Shown here: positions 9,534 through 20,857 of the stretch, piece after piece
How the letters are laid out: the number at the start of each line of letters is the position of its first letter
Numbering within the stretch: position 1 is the stretch's first letter
DNA from: an uncultured delta proteobacterium
GTDB taxonomy: Bacteria > Myxococcota > Myxococcia > Myxococcales > Myxococcaceae
Direction of reading: 5' to 3'
Assembly (NCBI GenBank): GCA_963771175.1
Contig: CAVYSY010000026.1
Coordinates: 384,001-448,000, forward strand
Length of the DNA: 64,000 bases
Translations under genes and position numbers: made by a program
The notes under the pieces: generated by a model
Database searches by the model: none
What the model was told of the DNA's origin: nothing
Seen by the model: the letters and a program-made list of their open reading frames with translations, nothing else

Positions 9534-11932
9534 ATGCGTGTCGAGCCACTACGGACACTCCTCTGTCTCCTCCTGCTGTGGGGCTGCGCGGAGGTGGAGC
9601 CCCGCGACAACCCGCCCCGTCAACTGGAGGAGGCGGCAACGGTCCCCTCCCGCTTCACGGACACGACGCTCGTCGAGAACATCGACAGTGTCACCACCAT
9701 GGCCCTCGCGCCGGACGGGCGCATCTTCGTCTGCGAGCAGGCGGGGAAGCTGCGGATCATCGAGAACGGGAAGCTACTGCCCGAGCCATTCCTCTCGGTG
9801 GAGACGAACGCGGACGGAGAGCGGGGGCTGCTCGGCGTGGCGTTCGATCCCGACTTCCCGCGCCAGCCCTACGTGTACGTCTACTACACGGCCACTTCGC
9901 CCTCTCCGCACAACCGCGTCAGCCGCTTCACCGCGAGCGGCAACCGGGCCGTGGCCGGCAGCGAGCGCATCCTGCTCGACCTGGAGCAGGCTGGGGGCCA
10001 CCAACCACAACGGAGGCGCCCTCCACTTCGGGGCCGACGGCAGGCTGTACGTGGCCGTGGGGGACAACTCGAAATCGGAGAACGCGCAGAAGCTCGACAC
10101 GCTGATGGGCAAGCTGCTGCGGCTGGAGAAGGACGGCACCATCCCCTCGGACAACCCGTTCTCCACGCGCACCACGGGCGTCTACCGCGCCATCTGGGCG
10201 CTCGGCCTGCGCAACCCCTTCAGCTTCGCCGTGCAGCCGGGCACCGGCCGCCTCTTCATCAACGACGTGGGGGCGAACAAGTGGGAGGAGATCAACGAGG
10301 GCGTCGCCGGAGCCAACTACGGCTGGCCGGACACCGAGGGCCCCACGAGCGACTCGCGCTACCGCGCGCCGCTGTTCTCCTACTCGCATGGCTCGGGCAG
10401 CAGCCATGGCTGCGCCATCACCGCGGGCACCTTCTACAACCCGCCCCGCGCCCAGTTCCCCTCGGAGTACGTGGGGCTCTACTTCTTCTCCGACTACTGC
10501 AACGGGTGGATCCGCACGTACAACCCGAAGGATGGCACCGTCAGCGTGTTCGCCACGGGCCTCGATGCGCCGGTGGACCTCGACGTGGGACCGGACGGCA
10601 GCCTCTACTACCTGGACCGCGGGGACGACTCGGTGCACCGCATCCGCTACGCGGCGACGAACGAGGCGCCCGCGCTCGCGCGCCAGCCCGAGAGCCAGAC
10701 GGTGAGACCCGGCCAGTCGGTCACCTTCACGGTGGGCGCCACCGGGACGCCGACCCTGCGCTACCAGTGGCAGCGGGATGGCAAGGACCTGGCGGGGCAG
10801 ACGTCCGCGAGCCTCACGTTGACGGCGGTGGGACTGACGGACTCGGGGGCGCGCTTCCGGGTCCGGGTGTCCAACGACTACGGCTCGGTGGTGAGCAACG
10901 AGGCCGTCCTCACCGTGCTGAGCGGCACCGCCCCCGTCGCCACCATCACCTCGCCAGTGGAGGGGACGCGCTACAGCGCCGGAGAGCCTCATCTCCATCG
11001 CGGGAGCAGGCACGGACGCGGAGGACGGCACGCTGCCGGCGAGCGCCTTCACCTGGCGCGTGGACTTCCACCATGGCGACCACCTGCACCCCTTCGTGCC
11101 GACCACGCGCGGGGAGAAGAGCGGGAAGTTCATCGTGCCGGACCGGGGCGAGACGTCCGCCAACGTGTGGTACCGCATCCACCTGCAGGTGACGGACTCC
11201 GGCGGGGCCACCCACTCGGTGTACCGGGACGTGCGCCCCCGGACGGTGCAGCTCGGGGTGGACACCCAGCCGGCGGGGCTCCAGGTGACGCTCGATGGCC
11301 AGCCCCAGGCCACGCCACTGGGGGTGGAGAGCGTGGTGGGCATGGTGCGCACGCTCGGGGTGGTGTCCCCCCAGGTGAAGGACGGGAAGACGTACGTCTT
11401 CGACCACTGGTCCGACGGCGGGAGCGCGACGCATGAGGTCCCCACGCCCGCGGCGGCCGCCCGCTACACGGCGGTGTTCCGTGCGGGGGAGGAGCCCACT
11501 CCTGGCAACGGCCTGCGCGCGGAGTACTTCGACTCCCTCGACTTCACCCAGCTCAAGCTGGAGCGTGTGGACCCCACCGTGGACTTCCGCTGGGAGGACA
11601 CCGCTCCCGACCCCCGCATGCGCAAGGACACCTTCTCGGTGCGTTGGACCGGAAGCGTGGTGCCCCGGTACTCGGAGACCTACACCTTCTACACGCAGTC
11701 CAACGATGGGGTGCGGCTCTGGGTGGACGGGAAGCTCCTCATCGACGACTGGAACATCCACGCCACCACCGAGAAACGTGGCACCGTCACCCTGCAGGCG
11801 GGCCGCGCCCACTCCTTGCGGCTGGAGTTCTTCGAGAAAACGGGTCTGGCCATCATGCGGCTGCACTGGTCGAGCCCCAGTCAGCGCAAGGAGATCATCC
11901 CGACGGAGCGGCTCCGACCGACGCCTCCCTAG
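9534..11932 (+). CDS. PQQ-dependent sugar dehydrogenase (GSDH-type) lipoprotein with Ig-like and PA14 domains; frameshifts near 9990 and 10990
   Basis: LLWGC lipobox, GERGLLGVAFDPDF, NHNGGALHFGADGRLY, GLRNPF, YQWQRDG, FSVRWTG..SNDGVRLWVDG. Confidence 0.88.
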
Positions 11933-11956
11933 CCGGGCACCGGGCGGACGGGCATC

Positions 11957-13342
11957 TTGGCCATTGATTCATGGCCGGGATTGCGGCACCAAGCGACTCT
12001 CCTCTCGCAGCGAGGTCGCACCATTCCCAGCACGCACCTGAACTTCCCGTCCGCCGAGGCCCACCGGAACTGGCTGGAGAGCCAGTCCGCCCTGCCGCGC
12101 GGCTTCCGCGTCGGGCGCACGCGCCTGGAGTTCATGCCCGCCGAGGTGGCCAAACCGGCGAAGATGAACCTCACGCTCATCGTGCTCGACGAGCCGACCC
12201 CGGCGTTCGCGGCGGTGTTCACGAAGAACGCCTTCCCCGGGGCGCCGGTGCTCATCGGCCGCGCGCGGCTGGAGGAGCCCACGCTGGGCGCGGTGGTGGT
12301 GAACAACAAGGTGAGCAACGTGTGCGCGCCCGGGGGCGTGGAGGCCTCGGAGCGGCTGTGCGCGGCGGTGGCGGGGCCCCTGGGGCTGAGCGCCTCGCAG
12401 GTGCTCCCCTGCTCGACGGGCGTCATCGGCTGGCGGCTGCCGGTGGACGCGATGGTGGAGGCGGTGCCCCAGGCCGTGTCGGCGCTCGAGGCCGGCTCGG
12501 TGCTGCCCGCCGCCGAGGGCATCATGACCACCGACCTGTACGCCAAGGTCCGCCGGGCCCGGGTGGGGGACGGGAGCATCGTGGGCATCGCCAAGGGCGC
12601 GGGGATGATCGAGCCCAACCTGGCCACCATGCTCGTCTTCCTGATGACGGACGTGGACGTGCCGCGCGAGGCCCTGCGCGCGGCGCTGCGCTCGGTGGCG
12701 TCGCGCACCTTCGGCTGCATCAGCGTGGACAGCGACACGAGCACCTCGGACACGGTGGCGCTGCTGTCGTCGAGGAAGGTGCCCTGCCCGAGCCTCTCGG
12801 AGTTCGAGGCCGCGCTGGAGCAGGTGTGCGCGGACCTGGCCGAGGACATCGTGCGCAACGGCGAGGGCGTGCACCACGTCATGCGCGTGCGGGTGAGCGG
12901 GGCCCCGAGCGAGGCGGTGGCGCGGGGCATCGGCAAGTCGGTGGTGAACTCGCCGCTGTTCCAGTGCGCGGTGAACGGGAACGACCCGAACGTGGGCCGG
13001 CTGGTGGCGGCGATCGGCAAGTACGTGGGGGCCCACCACCCCGAGGTGGACCTCGCCCACTGCACCCTGCGCATGGGCGGCCGGGTCATCTTCGAGCGCG
13101 GCGCCTTCCGGCTCGACAACGAGGCGGAGAAGGCGCTGGTGGCCCACATGAAGGGCGCCGAGCTCTACACGAGCGTCCCGCCGCCCGATGGGCTCACCTT
13201 CCGCCCGCCGGTGACCTTCCCGCCGCACGAGCGCTCGGTGGAGATCGACGTGGAGCTCGGCCTCGGCCCGGTGACCAGCACGGTGCTCGGCGCGGACCGG
13301 AGCCACGAGTACATCAGCGAGAACGCGGACTACCGGAGTTGA
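11957..13342 (+). CDS. argJ: Bifunctional ornithine acetyltransferase/N-acetylglutamate synthase
   Basis: STGVIG, GIMTTD, KGAGMIEPNLATML (autocleavage Thr), DTSTSD; start uncertain. Confidence 0.93.
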   Translation: MAIDSWPGLRHQATLLSQRGRTIPSTHLNFPSAEAHRNWLESQSALPRGFRVGRTRLEFMPAEVAKPAKMNLTLIVLDEPTPAFAAVFTKNAFPGAPVLIGRARLEEPTLGAVVVNNKVSNVCAPGGVEASERLCAAVAGPLGLSASQVLPCSTGVIGWRLPVDAMVEAVPQAVSALEAGSVLPAAEGIMTTDLYAKVRRARVGDGSIVGIAKGAGMIEPNLATMLVFLMTDVDVPREALRAALRSVASRTFGCISVDSDTSTSDTVALLSSRKVPCPSLSEFEAALEQVCADLAEDIVRNGEGVHHVMRVRVSGAPSEAVARGIGKSVVNSPLFQCAVNGNDPNVGRLVAAIGKYVGAHHPEVDLAHCTLRMGGRVIFERGAFRLDNEAEKALVAHMKGAELYTSVPPPDGLTFRPPVTFPPHERSVEIDVELGLGPVTSTVLGADRSHEYISENADYRS

Positions 13343-13379
13343 TTGGGGCGTCGGGTCCGAGCCTATGCTCCGACGGACG

Positions 13380-13958
13380 ATGAGACGACTCGGACCCGAC
13401 GACTACCGCGACATGCCCTGGAAGAACGGGGGTGGGGTCACCCGCGAGCTGCTGAAGCTGCCGCATCCGACCGACCCGACCCGCTTCCGGGCCCGCCTGT
13501 CGATCGCCACGGTCTCGATGTCCGGGCCCTTCTCCGTGTTTCCGGGCGTGGATCGGACCTTGACGCTCCTCGACGGGGCGGGCATGGCGTTGTCCTTCCC
13601 GGGTGTGCCGAAGGAGGTGGTGCTCGACCAGCGCCGGCAACCGTTCGCGTTTCCGGGCGAGGTGGAGCTCCAGTGTCGGCTGCTCGGCGGACCGGTGCGG
13701 GACTTCAACCTCATGGTCGACCGGGCCACGGCCGAGGCCACGCTCGCGGTAGTGCACCTGGCGCCAGGCGAGACCCGAACACTCACGGGAGCCAGGACCG
13801 TGCTCCTCCATGGCCTGGAGGGTCAGGCCTCGGTGGCCGGGATGCCGCTGGCCGTGGAGGAGACGCTCTGGCTGGAAGCGCCCGAAGCGCTGGCCCTGCG
13901 GAGCGACGCGGGCGCCGTCGTGGTCGCCATCCACCTGAATCACCGGACGGAGCGGTAG
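13380..13958 (+). CDS. HutD/Ves family protein
   Basis: MPWKNGGGVTREL, GPFSVFPGVDR, DFNLM. Confidence 0.9.
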   Translation: MRRLGPDDYRDMPWKNGGGVTRELLKLPHPTDPTRFRARLSIATVSMSGPFSVFPGVDRTLTLLDGAGMALSFPGVPKEVVLDQRRQPFAFPGEVELQCRLLGGPVRDFNLMVDRATAEATLAVVHLAPGETRTLTGARTVLLHGLEGQASVAGMPLAVEETLWLEAPEALALRSDAGAVVVAIHLNHRTER

Positions 13959-13971
13959 GCCCCCCCGGAGC

Positions 13972-14376
13972 TCACTGCGAAGTCGGTAGCGACTCCTGCT
14001 CCTGCTGGCGGGAGGCACTGCGCCGGGCGTAGTCAGCCATGCCCTCGAAGTCCACCAGCAGGCAGACCTCGTCGCCGACCACCCATGCGTCGTGCCCGGG
14101 AGGGATGTACGCCACGTCTCCCGCGGTGAGCAGACTCCGGGTGCCGTCGTCCATGGCGATCTCCATGCTCCCGGAGACGACGTAACAGGAGTGGGCGGCC
14201 TGGCAGCTCTTCGTGCCCGCGAGGGGCTGGATGTGCTCCGACCACTTCCATCCCGGCTCGAAGACGCCCATTCCAATGTTGCTGCCGTCCAAGTGGACGA
14301 GGTCGAGATGCCCATGCGCGGTGAAGGGACGTCGTTCATCGGGCTGCGCGAACTTCTTGATGACGAGCTGGCTCAT
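13972..14376 (-). CDS. Cupin domain protein
   Basis: FEPGWKWSEH..SCQAAH..IPPGHDAWVVGDE. Confidence 0.88.
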   Translation of the reverse strand: MSQLVIKKFAQPDERRPFTAHGHLDLVHLDGSNIGMGVFEPGWKWSEHIQPLAGTKSCQAAHSCYVVSGSMEIAMDDGTRSLLTAGDVAYIPPGHDAWVVGDEVCLLVDFEGMADYARRSASRQQEQESLPTSQ

Positions 14377-14598
14377 GGCGTGCGCCTCCGCGACCGTGGG
14401 CAAGGCGCGACACGCGCCTGGAAGGCCCGGGCGGTCGTCATTCAAATGAAGCTAGGGGCGCCCCGGGTTCGAGGGCAGCAACGAGAACGGACCCGCCAGT
14501 CAGCACGGCCTTGCCCCTGGACAGCATGACAGGGGCCCGTGCCCTTCTCCCCTCGAGGCGGTTAGGGTTGGGAGCTGTTCCTGTCACGGGAGGGCCCC

Positions 14599-16423
14599 AT
14601 GCCTGCTTCGCCGTACGAGCTCGTCATCGCCAATGGACTCTTCTTCGACGGACGAGGCAGCCCGCCCCGCGTGAGACACCTGGGCATCCGCGACGGGCTG
14701 GTGACGGCCATCAGCGAGTCGCCACTGCCTCCCGGGCCCGACACGCGCGTCGTCGACGCCACCGGCCGCTGGGTGATGCCCGGGTTCATCGACCTGCACA
14801 CCCACTACGACGCCGAGGTGGAGCTGGCCCCCTCGCTCTCCGAGTCCGTACGGCACGGCGTCACCTCGGTGATGGTGGGGAGCTGCTCGCTCAGCCTCGC
14901 GGTGGGCACGCCCGAGGACCTCGCCGACCAGTTCTGCCGCGTGGAGGCCATCCCCTACGACGCGGTGCGCTCGCTGCTGGAGCGGAAGAAGGACTGGGAC
15001 ACGCTTGGCGGGTACCTCTCGCACCTGGACGAGCTGCCACTGGGACCCAACGTGGGCGCCTTCGTGGGCCACTCGGCCATCCGGGCGCATGTGATGGGCC
15101 TGGAGCGCAGCCTGGACGAGCGGGTGAAGCCCTCCTCGGAGGAGCTGGACACGGATGGAGGCCTTGCTGCGCGAGGGGCTCGATGCGGGCTATGCCGGCC
15201 TCTCCATCATGACGCTGCCGTGGGACAAGATTGGGGGCAGCCGGTCCATCCGCAGCCGTCCCCTCCCCTCCACCTTCGCGAGCTGGTCCGAGTACCGCCG
15301 ATTCACGCGCATCCTCCGCGAGCGGCGGCGCGTCTTCCAGGGCGTGCCCAACATCACCACCAAGGTGAACGTCTTCCTCTTCCTGTGGGAGAGCGTGGGG
15401 CTGTTCCGCCAGCCGCTGAAGACGACGGTCATCTCCATGATGGACACCCGCGCCAACCGGGGCATCCACCGGCAGATCGGCCTGCTGTCGCGCTTCTTCA
15501 ACCGGCTGCTGAAGGCCGACTTCCGCTGGCAGGCCCTGCCGGAGATCTTCGACTTGTGGTCGGACGGTATCGATCTCGTGGTCTTCGAGGAGTTCGGCGC
15601 GGGAGCGGCGGCGCTGCACCTGCAGGACGCGGTCGAGCGCAAGCGGCTGCTGGAAGACTCGGAGTACCGCGCCTGGTTCAAGCGGCAGTGGAAGAGCAAG
15701 CTGCTGCCCAAGGTGTTCCACCGGGACTTCAACCAGTCCGAGGTGCTGAAGGCGCCGGACCCTTCGCTGGTGGGGCGCTCGTTCGCGGACATCGCCCGCG
15801 AGCGGGGGCAGGACGTGGTGGACACCTTCCTGGACCTGGTGGCGCGGTACGGCCCGGAGCTGCGCTGGTACACGGTGATGGCCAATGACCGGCCGCGCGA
15901 GCTGGAGTCCATCGTGAGCCACCCGGACGTGCTCATCGGCTTCTCGGACGCGGGGGCGCACCTGCGCAACATGGCGCACTACAACTTCCCGCTGCGGATG
16001 CTGCGGCTGGTGCGCGAGGCGGAGAAGCGCGGCGAGCCGGTGATGCCCGTGGAGCGCGCGGTGCACCGGCTCACGGGGGAGATCGCCGACTGGCTGGGCC
16101 TGGACGCGGGGACACTCGCGCCGGGCCGGAGGGCCGACGTGGTGGTGGTGGATCCGGAACGACTTGGCGCCGAGCTGGACACGCCCCACGAGTCCCCGGT
16201 GGAGGGCTTCGACGGCTTCATGCGGCTGGTGAACCAGAACGGTGGCGCGGTGGAGACGGTGCTCATCAACGGCCGGCTCGCGGTGCACGGCGGCGCCCCC
16301 GTGCCCGAGCTGGGCAGACAGCGTGGCTTCGGGCGCGTGCTGCGCGTGGGGACCGGGGCCGAACCAGCGCCCGTGGAGAAATCACGAGCCCCCGAGTCCT
16401 CTCACGGCCGTGCCTCGGCCTGA
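14599..16423 (+). CDS. N-acyl-D-amino-acid deacylase family amidohydrolase; frameshift near 15150
   Basis: PGFIDLHTHYD, FSDAGAH, GTLAPGRRADVVV. Confidence 0.88.
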
Positions 16424-16437
16424 CCTGGGATGCCATC

Positions 16438-17292
16438 ATGTTTCCAAGCCGTTCTCTCGCCCTGCTGTTCGGTGTGTCCCTTCTAGGCACGGCAAGCGGT
16501 TGCAGCAGGGTGAAGACCGAGGAGAAGGCCCTGGAGCCCGCCCCCAAAGCCCAGGGACTCTCGCTCGAGAAGTTCCAGGCCGGGGCCTTCCAGGAGCCCG
16601 GCTCCGATGTCTACATCTTCAATGGTGATGAAGCCGCCGAGGGGCTCGAAGGGCTGCGCGACGTCTATGAGCATCAATTCCAAAAGGATGACGAGGGAAC
16701 CCTCGTCATGGGCGAAGGGGGCGACCAGCTCGAGGACAGCAGGGTCATGTGGTCCCGCGAGCAGAGGAAGAAGCTCACCTATTGCGTGAGCACCTCCTTC
16801 GGCACGCACTACAGCGAGGTCGTCCAGGCCATGGCGGAGGCCTCCGCCGTCTGGGAGGCAACGGCCGGCGTCAACTACATCCACGAGAGCGCGCAAGACG
16901 CGGACTGCACCGGGAGCAACCCCCACGTCCTGTTCGACGTGCGACCCATTGATGTCCCTGGCACCTACCTCGCGCGGGCGTTCCAACCGACCGCCAGCCG
17001 AGCTACGCGCAACATCCGGATTGATGAGGCGGCCTTCGGTACCGGCTCGCCGCGAGCCCTGGCCGGGCTCCTGCGCCACGCGCTGGGGCACACCCTGGGC
17101 CTCTCCCACAAGAAGCTCCAGCCCGAGGCAAGCCCCTGCTTCGGGAACAAGGATTGGCGCCCCTTGAAGAAGGCCCCCTCCTGGGTCGTCGCGGCCTTGC
17201 ACTATCCAGGGTGCACCCGCCCGGGTGACTGGCCCCTCGCGCTGAACAGCGACGAAGCGGCCGAAGTCACCGCCCTCTATGGGAACCCCTGA
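16438..17292 (+). CDS. Metzincin (M57/matrixin-like) lipoprotein with degenerate active site
   Basis: ASGC lipobox, LTYCVSTSFG, HALGHTLGLSH in place of HExxHxxGxxH. Confidence 0.8.
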   Translation: MFPSRSLALLFGVSLLGTASGCSRVKTEEKALEPAPKAQGLSLEKFQAGAFQEPGSDVYIFNGDEAAEGLEGLRDVYEHQFQKDDEGTLVMGEGGDQLEDSRVMWSREQRKKLTYCVSTSFGTHYSEVVQAMAEASAVWEATAGVNYIHESAQDADCTGSNPHVLFDVRPIDVPGTYLARAFQPTASRATRNIRIDEAAFGTGSPRALAGLLRHALGHTLGLSHKKLQPEASPCFGNKDWRPLKKAPSWVVAALHYPGCTRPGDWPLALNSDEAAEVTALYGNP

Positions 17293-17474
17293 GGAGCGGC
17301 CATGGCGCGACCCACGGAGACATCGACCTGAATCCTCGGACCCGGGGGCCCGAAAATCCCCGGAAATTCCCCCGCAACCACGGGTGCCCTTCCCGGTACT
17401 CCCTGGCGAAGAGGAACGCGGACGCCCGATACGGTGCGAGTACCGCGTCCCTCCCCTGAAAAGGATGGGATGTC

Positions 17475-18434
17475 ATGGGAACGACGCGGAAGGTGGTGCT
17501 CGCCGGAGGCAGCGGGTTCCTCGGGCGCTCGCTCGCGCGGGTCCTGGAGGCGCGGGGCTACGAGGTCGTCATCCTCACCCGCTCCCCGGCCCCGGGCTCA
17601 ACGCGCGAGGTGGCGTGGGATGGAAGGAATCCGGGCGAATGGTGCGCTCAGCTCGAGGGCGCCGTGGCGGTGGTCAACCTCGCCGGCCGGAGCGTGGACT
17701 GCCGCTACACGCCGGAGAACCGGCGGGAGATCCTCTCCTCCCGGCTGGACTCGGTGCGGGTCCTGGGCGAGGCCATCCGCCGGTGCGCCACGCCCCCGAG
17801 CGTCTGGGTGCAGGCAGCCTCGCTCGCCATCTACGGGAACTCGGGCGATGCCTTGCGCGACGAGAGCTCATCCCCGGGCGAGGGCTTCTCCGTGGACGTG
17901 TGCCGCCAGTGGGAACAGGCCTTCGCCGAGCAGAGGACGCCGGGCACGAGGCAGGTGCTGCTGCGCATCGGCTTCGCTCTGGGGCGGGACGGTGGCGCGC
18001 TGGGGCCGCTCGCGAGGCTGGCCCGCTGGGGGCTCGGCGGCACGGTGGGCAGCGGGAAGCAGTACGTGAGCTGGCTGCACCTCGATGACCTCAACGCCCT
18101 CTTCGTCCGGGCCATCGAGAACCCGTCCATGCAGGGCACGTACAACGCGACCGGGCCCTCGCCGGTGACGAACGCGGAGTTCATGCGCGCACTGCGCCAC
18201 GCGCTGCGGCGGCCCTGGAGCCCTCCCGTCCCCGCGTGGGCGGTGCGCATGGGAGCACGGGTGCTCGGAACAGAGGCGGAGCTGGCACTGACCGGGCGAC
18301 GGGGAGTCCCCCAGCGGCTGACAGCCGAGGGCTTCGCGTTCCGCTACACTGACCTCTCGGCCGCCCTGGAGGATCTCCTCGGTGCACGGCGCGCCCTGCC
18401 GGGGCCGACAGGTACCGCCATCTCCTCGCACTAA
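17475..18434 (+). CDS. TIGR01777/YfcH family NAD-dependent epimerase
   Basis: GGSGFLG, VVNLAG, GSGKQYVSWLH, YNATGPSPVTN. Confidence 0.92.
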   Translation: MGTTRKVVLAGGSGFLGRSLARVLEARGYEVVILTRSPAPGSTREVAWDGRNPGEWCAQLEGAVAVVNLAGRSVDCRYTPENRREILSSRLDSVRVLGEAIRRCATPPSVWVQAASLAIYGNSGDALRDESSSPGEGFSVDVCRQWEQAFAEQRTPGTRQVLLRIGFALGRDGGALGPLARLARWGLGGTVGSGKQYVSWLHLDDLNALFVRAIENPSMQGTYNATGPSPVTNAEFMRALRHALRRPWSPPVPAWAVRMGARVLGTEAELALTGRRGVPQRLTAEGFAFRYTDLSAALEDLLGARRALPGPTGTAISSH

Positions 18435-18562
18435 GCCATCCGAAGTAAGTCCGTGCAGGAGGAGGCAGCCGGACGCGCGCTCGAGCAAGCGGTCCGATGG
18501 TCGGACCAGTTCGTGACGAGCGCGGCCGGGAAGCCGGCGGGTTCCGGCGGACAGAGGACCCT

Positions 18563-18643
18563 CCGGGCTCGGTCTGAGAAACCTGTCCGACTGTCGGACA
18601 GGTTTTGGAAGAACGCGGCCGGGAGACCGACGTTTCTCAAGGG
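18563..18643. repeat. REP-like palindromic intergenic element, copy 2
   Basis: aaacctgtccgac-t-gtcggacaggttt at 18579-18605; flanks match 2215-2297; lies between convergent genes. Confidence 0.85.
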
Positions 18644-18672
18644 TCGTGCTGGCCTGCACGCGGATGGCTTGG

Positions 18673-19637
18673 TCAGATCTTCCGCAGGCGGATGCGGCGC
18701 ACCTTGTGGTCCGGGCCCTTCATGAGGATGAGCCGCGCGCGCGAGCGGGTGGGCGCGATGTTCTCGCGCCAGGTTGGGGCCGTTGATCTCGCCCCAGACC
18801 GACTCGGCGCGGCGCAATGGCCTGCTCCTCGGTGAGCTCGGCGAAGCGGCGGAAGAAGGAGCGCTCGTCGCGGAACGCCGTCTCCCGCAGCTGCGAGGAA
18901 CCGCTCCACGTACCAGCGGCGGATGTCCTGCTCGTCGCGCGTCGACGTAGATGGAGAAGTCGAAGAAGTCCGACACGAAGGTCTGCGGCAGCTGCCCGCC
19001 CTCCACCGGCCGGTCTGCAGCACGTTGAGCCCCTCGAGGATGAGGATGTCCGGGCTGGCGGATCGACCTGTCGCCTCGTCCGGGACGATGTCGTAGACGA
19101 GGTGCGAGTACACGGGCGCGCGTCACCTCGGCGCGTCCCGGCCTTGAGCTCGGCGAGGAAGCGCACCAGGGCGCGCCGGTCGTAGCTCTCCGGGAAGCCC
19201 TTGCGGTTCATGAGCCCGCGCTCGGCGAGGACGCGGTTCGGGTAGAGGAACCCGTCCGTGGTCACCAGCTCCACGTGCGGGTGGTCCGGCCAGCGCGAGA
19301 GCAGCGCCTGCAGGATGCGCGCCGTGGTGCTCTTGCCCACCGCGACGCTGCCCGCGACGCCGATGACGAAGGGCACCTTCTGGGCGACCAGCTCGCCCAG
19401 GAACGCTGCTGGCGCCGACCAGAGGCTCTGCGTCGCGGCGACGTTGAGGTTGAGCAGCCGGGACAGCGGCAGGTAGATGTCCGCCACCTCGTCCAGGTCC
19501 AGGTGCTCCCCGAGGCCGCGCAGCCCCTCGACCTCCTCCGCGGACAGCGGGAGCGGGGTCGCGGCACGCAAGGCCCTCCACGCGTCGCGCTCGAAGTCGA
19601 CGAACATGGATGCGGCCTGTGACTTGGGTGCGGACAT
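18673..19637 (-). CDS. coaA: Type I pantothenate kinase; multiple frameshifts in the 3' half
   Basis: [64 protein letters not shown]. Confidence 0.93.
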
Positions 19638-19891
19638 AGGACACTCCTCCCTGGGGGCCGGCCCATCCTACCGAAGCGTCCAGCGGCTGACGGAAACCTC
19701 TTCAACTGTCCACCGCCCCACGCCTGAAACATCCAGCACCCACTACTGGGAAGCAGAATGACGGATAGCCTCTACATGAATTGCGCGAATACCGGCATTT
19801 TCCTCTAGAGCACAGGCCAGGCAGGCTTGGCGGCGCGTGAGTGACGCGCGGGACTTCGAGGAAGTCGACCCCTCGGAACTGGAGAGAGCGC

Positions 19892-20839
19892 ATGGAAACC
19901 ACCCCCGTCTGGCAGCACCACCACGCGGGTCGAGGACTCCGGGCCGGGCCGCGCATCGCGGCGCTGCTGCTGGCCGTCGCCGTGGGCTGTGGCCCCGTGG
20001 AAGGAGCTCCCGAGCTCCAGGAGCCCGTCAGCCAGGCCCAGGAGCTCAGCTCCACCAACAGTGAGACGCCCAACGGGCTGGCCTTTAACGGCCTCGCCTT
20101 CAATGGGCTGGCCTTCAATGGCCTCGCGTTCAACGGCCTGTCGAGCAGCGAGTTCTCCTCCTGGTTCCAGCAGAACGACACGCTGGCCGAGATGGTCATG
20201 CGCTACATCGTCACCTGCGCCGTGCCCTTCGGAGAGACGCGCACGTACACGGACACCAAGGGAAGGACCTATGTGTGGCAGGGCTCGCTGGGGCTGGCGC
20301 CGGACTGGGCCAACGGCCAACCCGCGACCGTGACCGAGCAGCAGCTCGTCTCCGCGTGCCTGGCCGCCCACGTCAACAAGTACGGGCGCAGCGTCATCAT
20401 CTCCATCCAGGGCGCCAACGCACACGGGCAGCCCATCCCCACCACGCAGGAGGAGCTGCAGCAGTTCTCGCAGCGGGAGGGCTGCTTCTTCGGCAACCTC
20501 TTCACCAACGAGGGTGTCTTCGTTGGCAACGACGGAAGACTGCTGGACTCGAACGAGAGCAGCGTGCGCGCGTGCGCGCTCTCGCAGGGCAATGGCAGGG
20601 GCAACGCGTGTCCGCCCATCGAGTATGTCGGGAGCTGCGCCGCGAGCTGCACGCCGGACTCCACGAACACGTACTTCACGCAGTGCACCCGCGGCGGCAT
20701 CACCTACGTGCCCCTCACCACCCGCATCCGTCCCCAGGAGATCTACCGGTGCGGAGACGGCATCTGCGAGCTCACCGAGTCCTGCGGCATCGGCCTGAGC
20801 ACCCTCCACTGCACGCTGGATTGCGGCATCTGCCTCTGA
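19892..20839 (+). CDS. Cys-rich lipoprotein with N-terminal NGLAF pentapeptide repeats
   Basis: AVGC lipobox; (NGLAF)x4-NGLS; GSLGLAPDW, ACLAAHVNKYG, REGCFFGNLF; Cys-rich tail. Confidence 0.8.
   Translation: METTPVWQHHHAGRGLRAGPRIAALLLAVAVGCGPVEGAPELQEPVSQAQELSSTNSETPNGLAFNGLAFNGLAFNGLAFNGLSSSEFSSWFQQNDTLAEMVMRYIVTCAVPFGETRTYTDTKGRTYVWQGSLGLAPDWANGQPATVTEQQLVSACLAAHVNKYGRSVIISIQGANAHGQPIPTTQEELQQFSQREGCFFGNLFTNEGVFVGNDGRLLDSNESSVRACALSQGNGRGNACPPIEYVGSCAASCTPDSTNTYFTQCTRGGITYVPLTTRIRPQEIYRCGDGICELTESCGIGLSTLHCTLDCGICL
20072..20143 (+). repeat. 15-bp in-frame tandem repeat (about 4.8 units) encoding NGLAF
   Basis: aacgggctggccttt aacggcctcgccttc aatgggctggccttc aatggcctcgcgttc aacggcctgtcg. 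Confidence 0.9.
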
Positions 20840-20857
20840 GCCGCCCGGCGCGGAGCC

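Noticed and set aside
18673..19637. coaA (and rimO, proline dehydrogenase, yehL) as true pseudogenes
   Set aside because: Motifs are intact and the lesions are single-base indels, consistent with sequencing error.
19640..19890. ncRNA or riboswitch in larger intergenic gaps (also 17293-17474, 27758-27948)
   Set aside because: No recognisable tRNA or riboswitch consensus by eye; an Infernal/Rfam scan would be needed.
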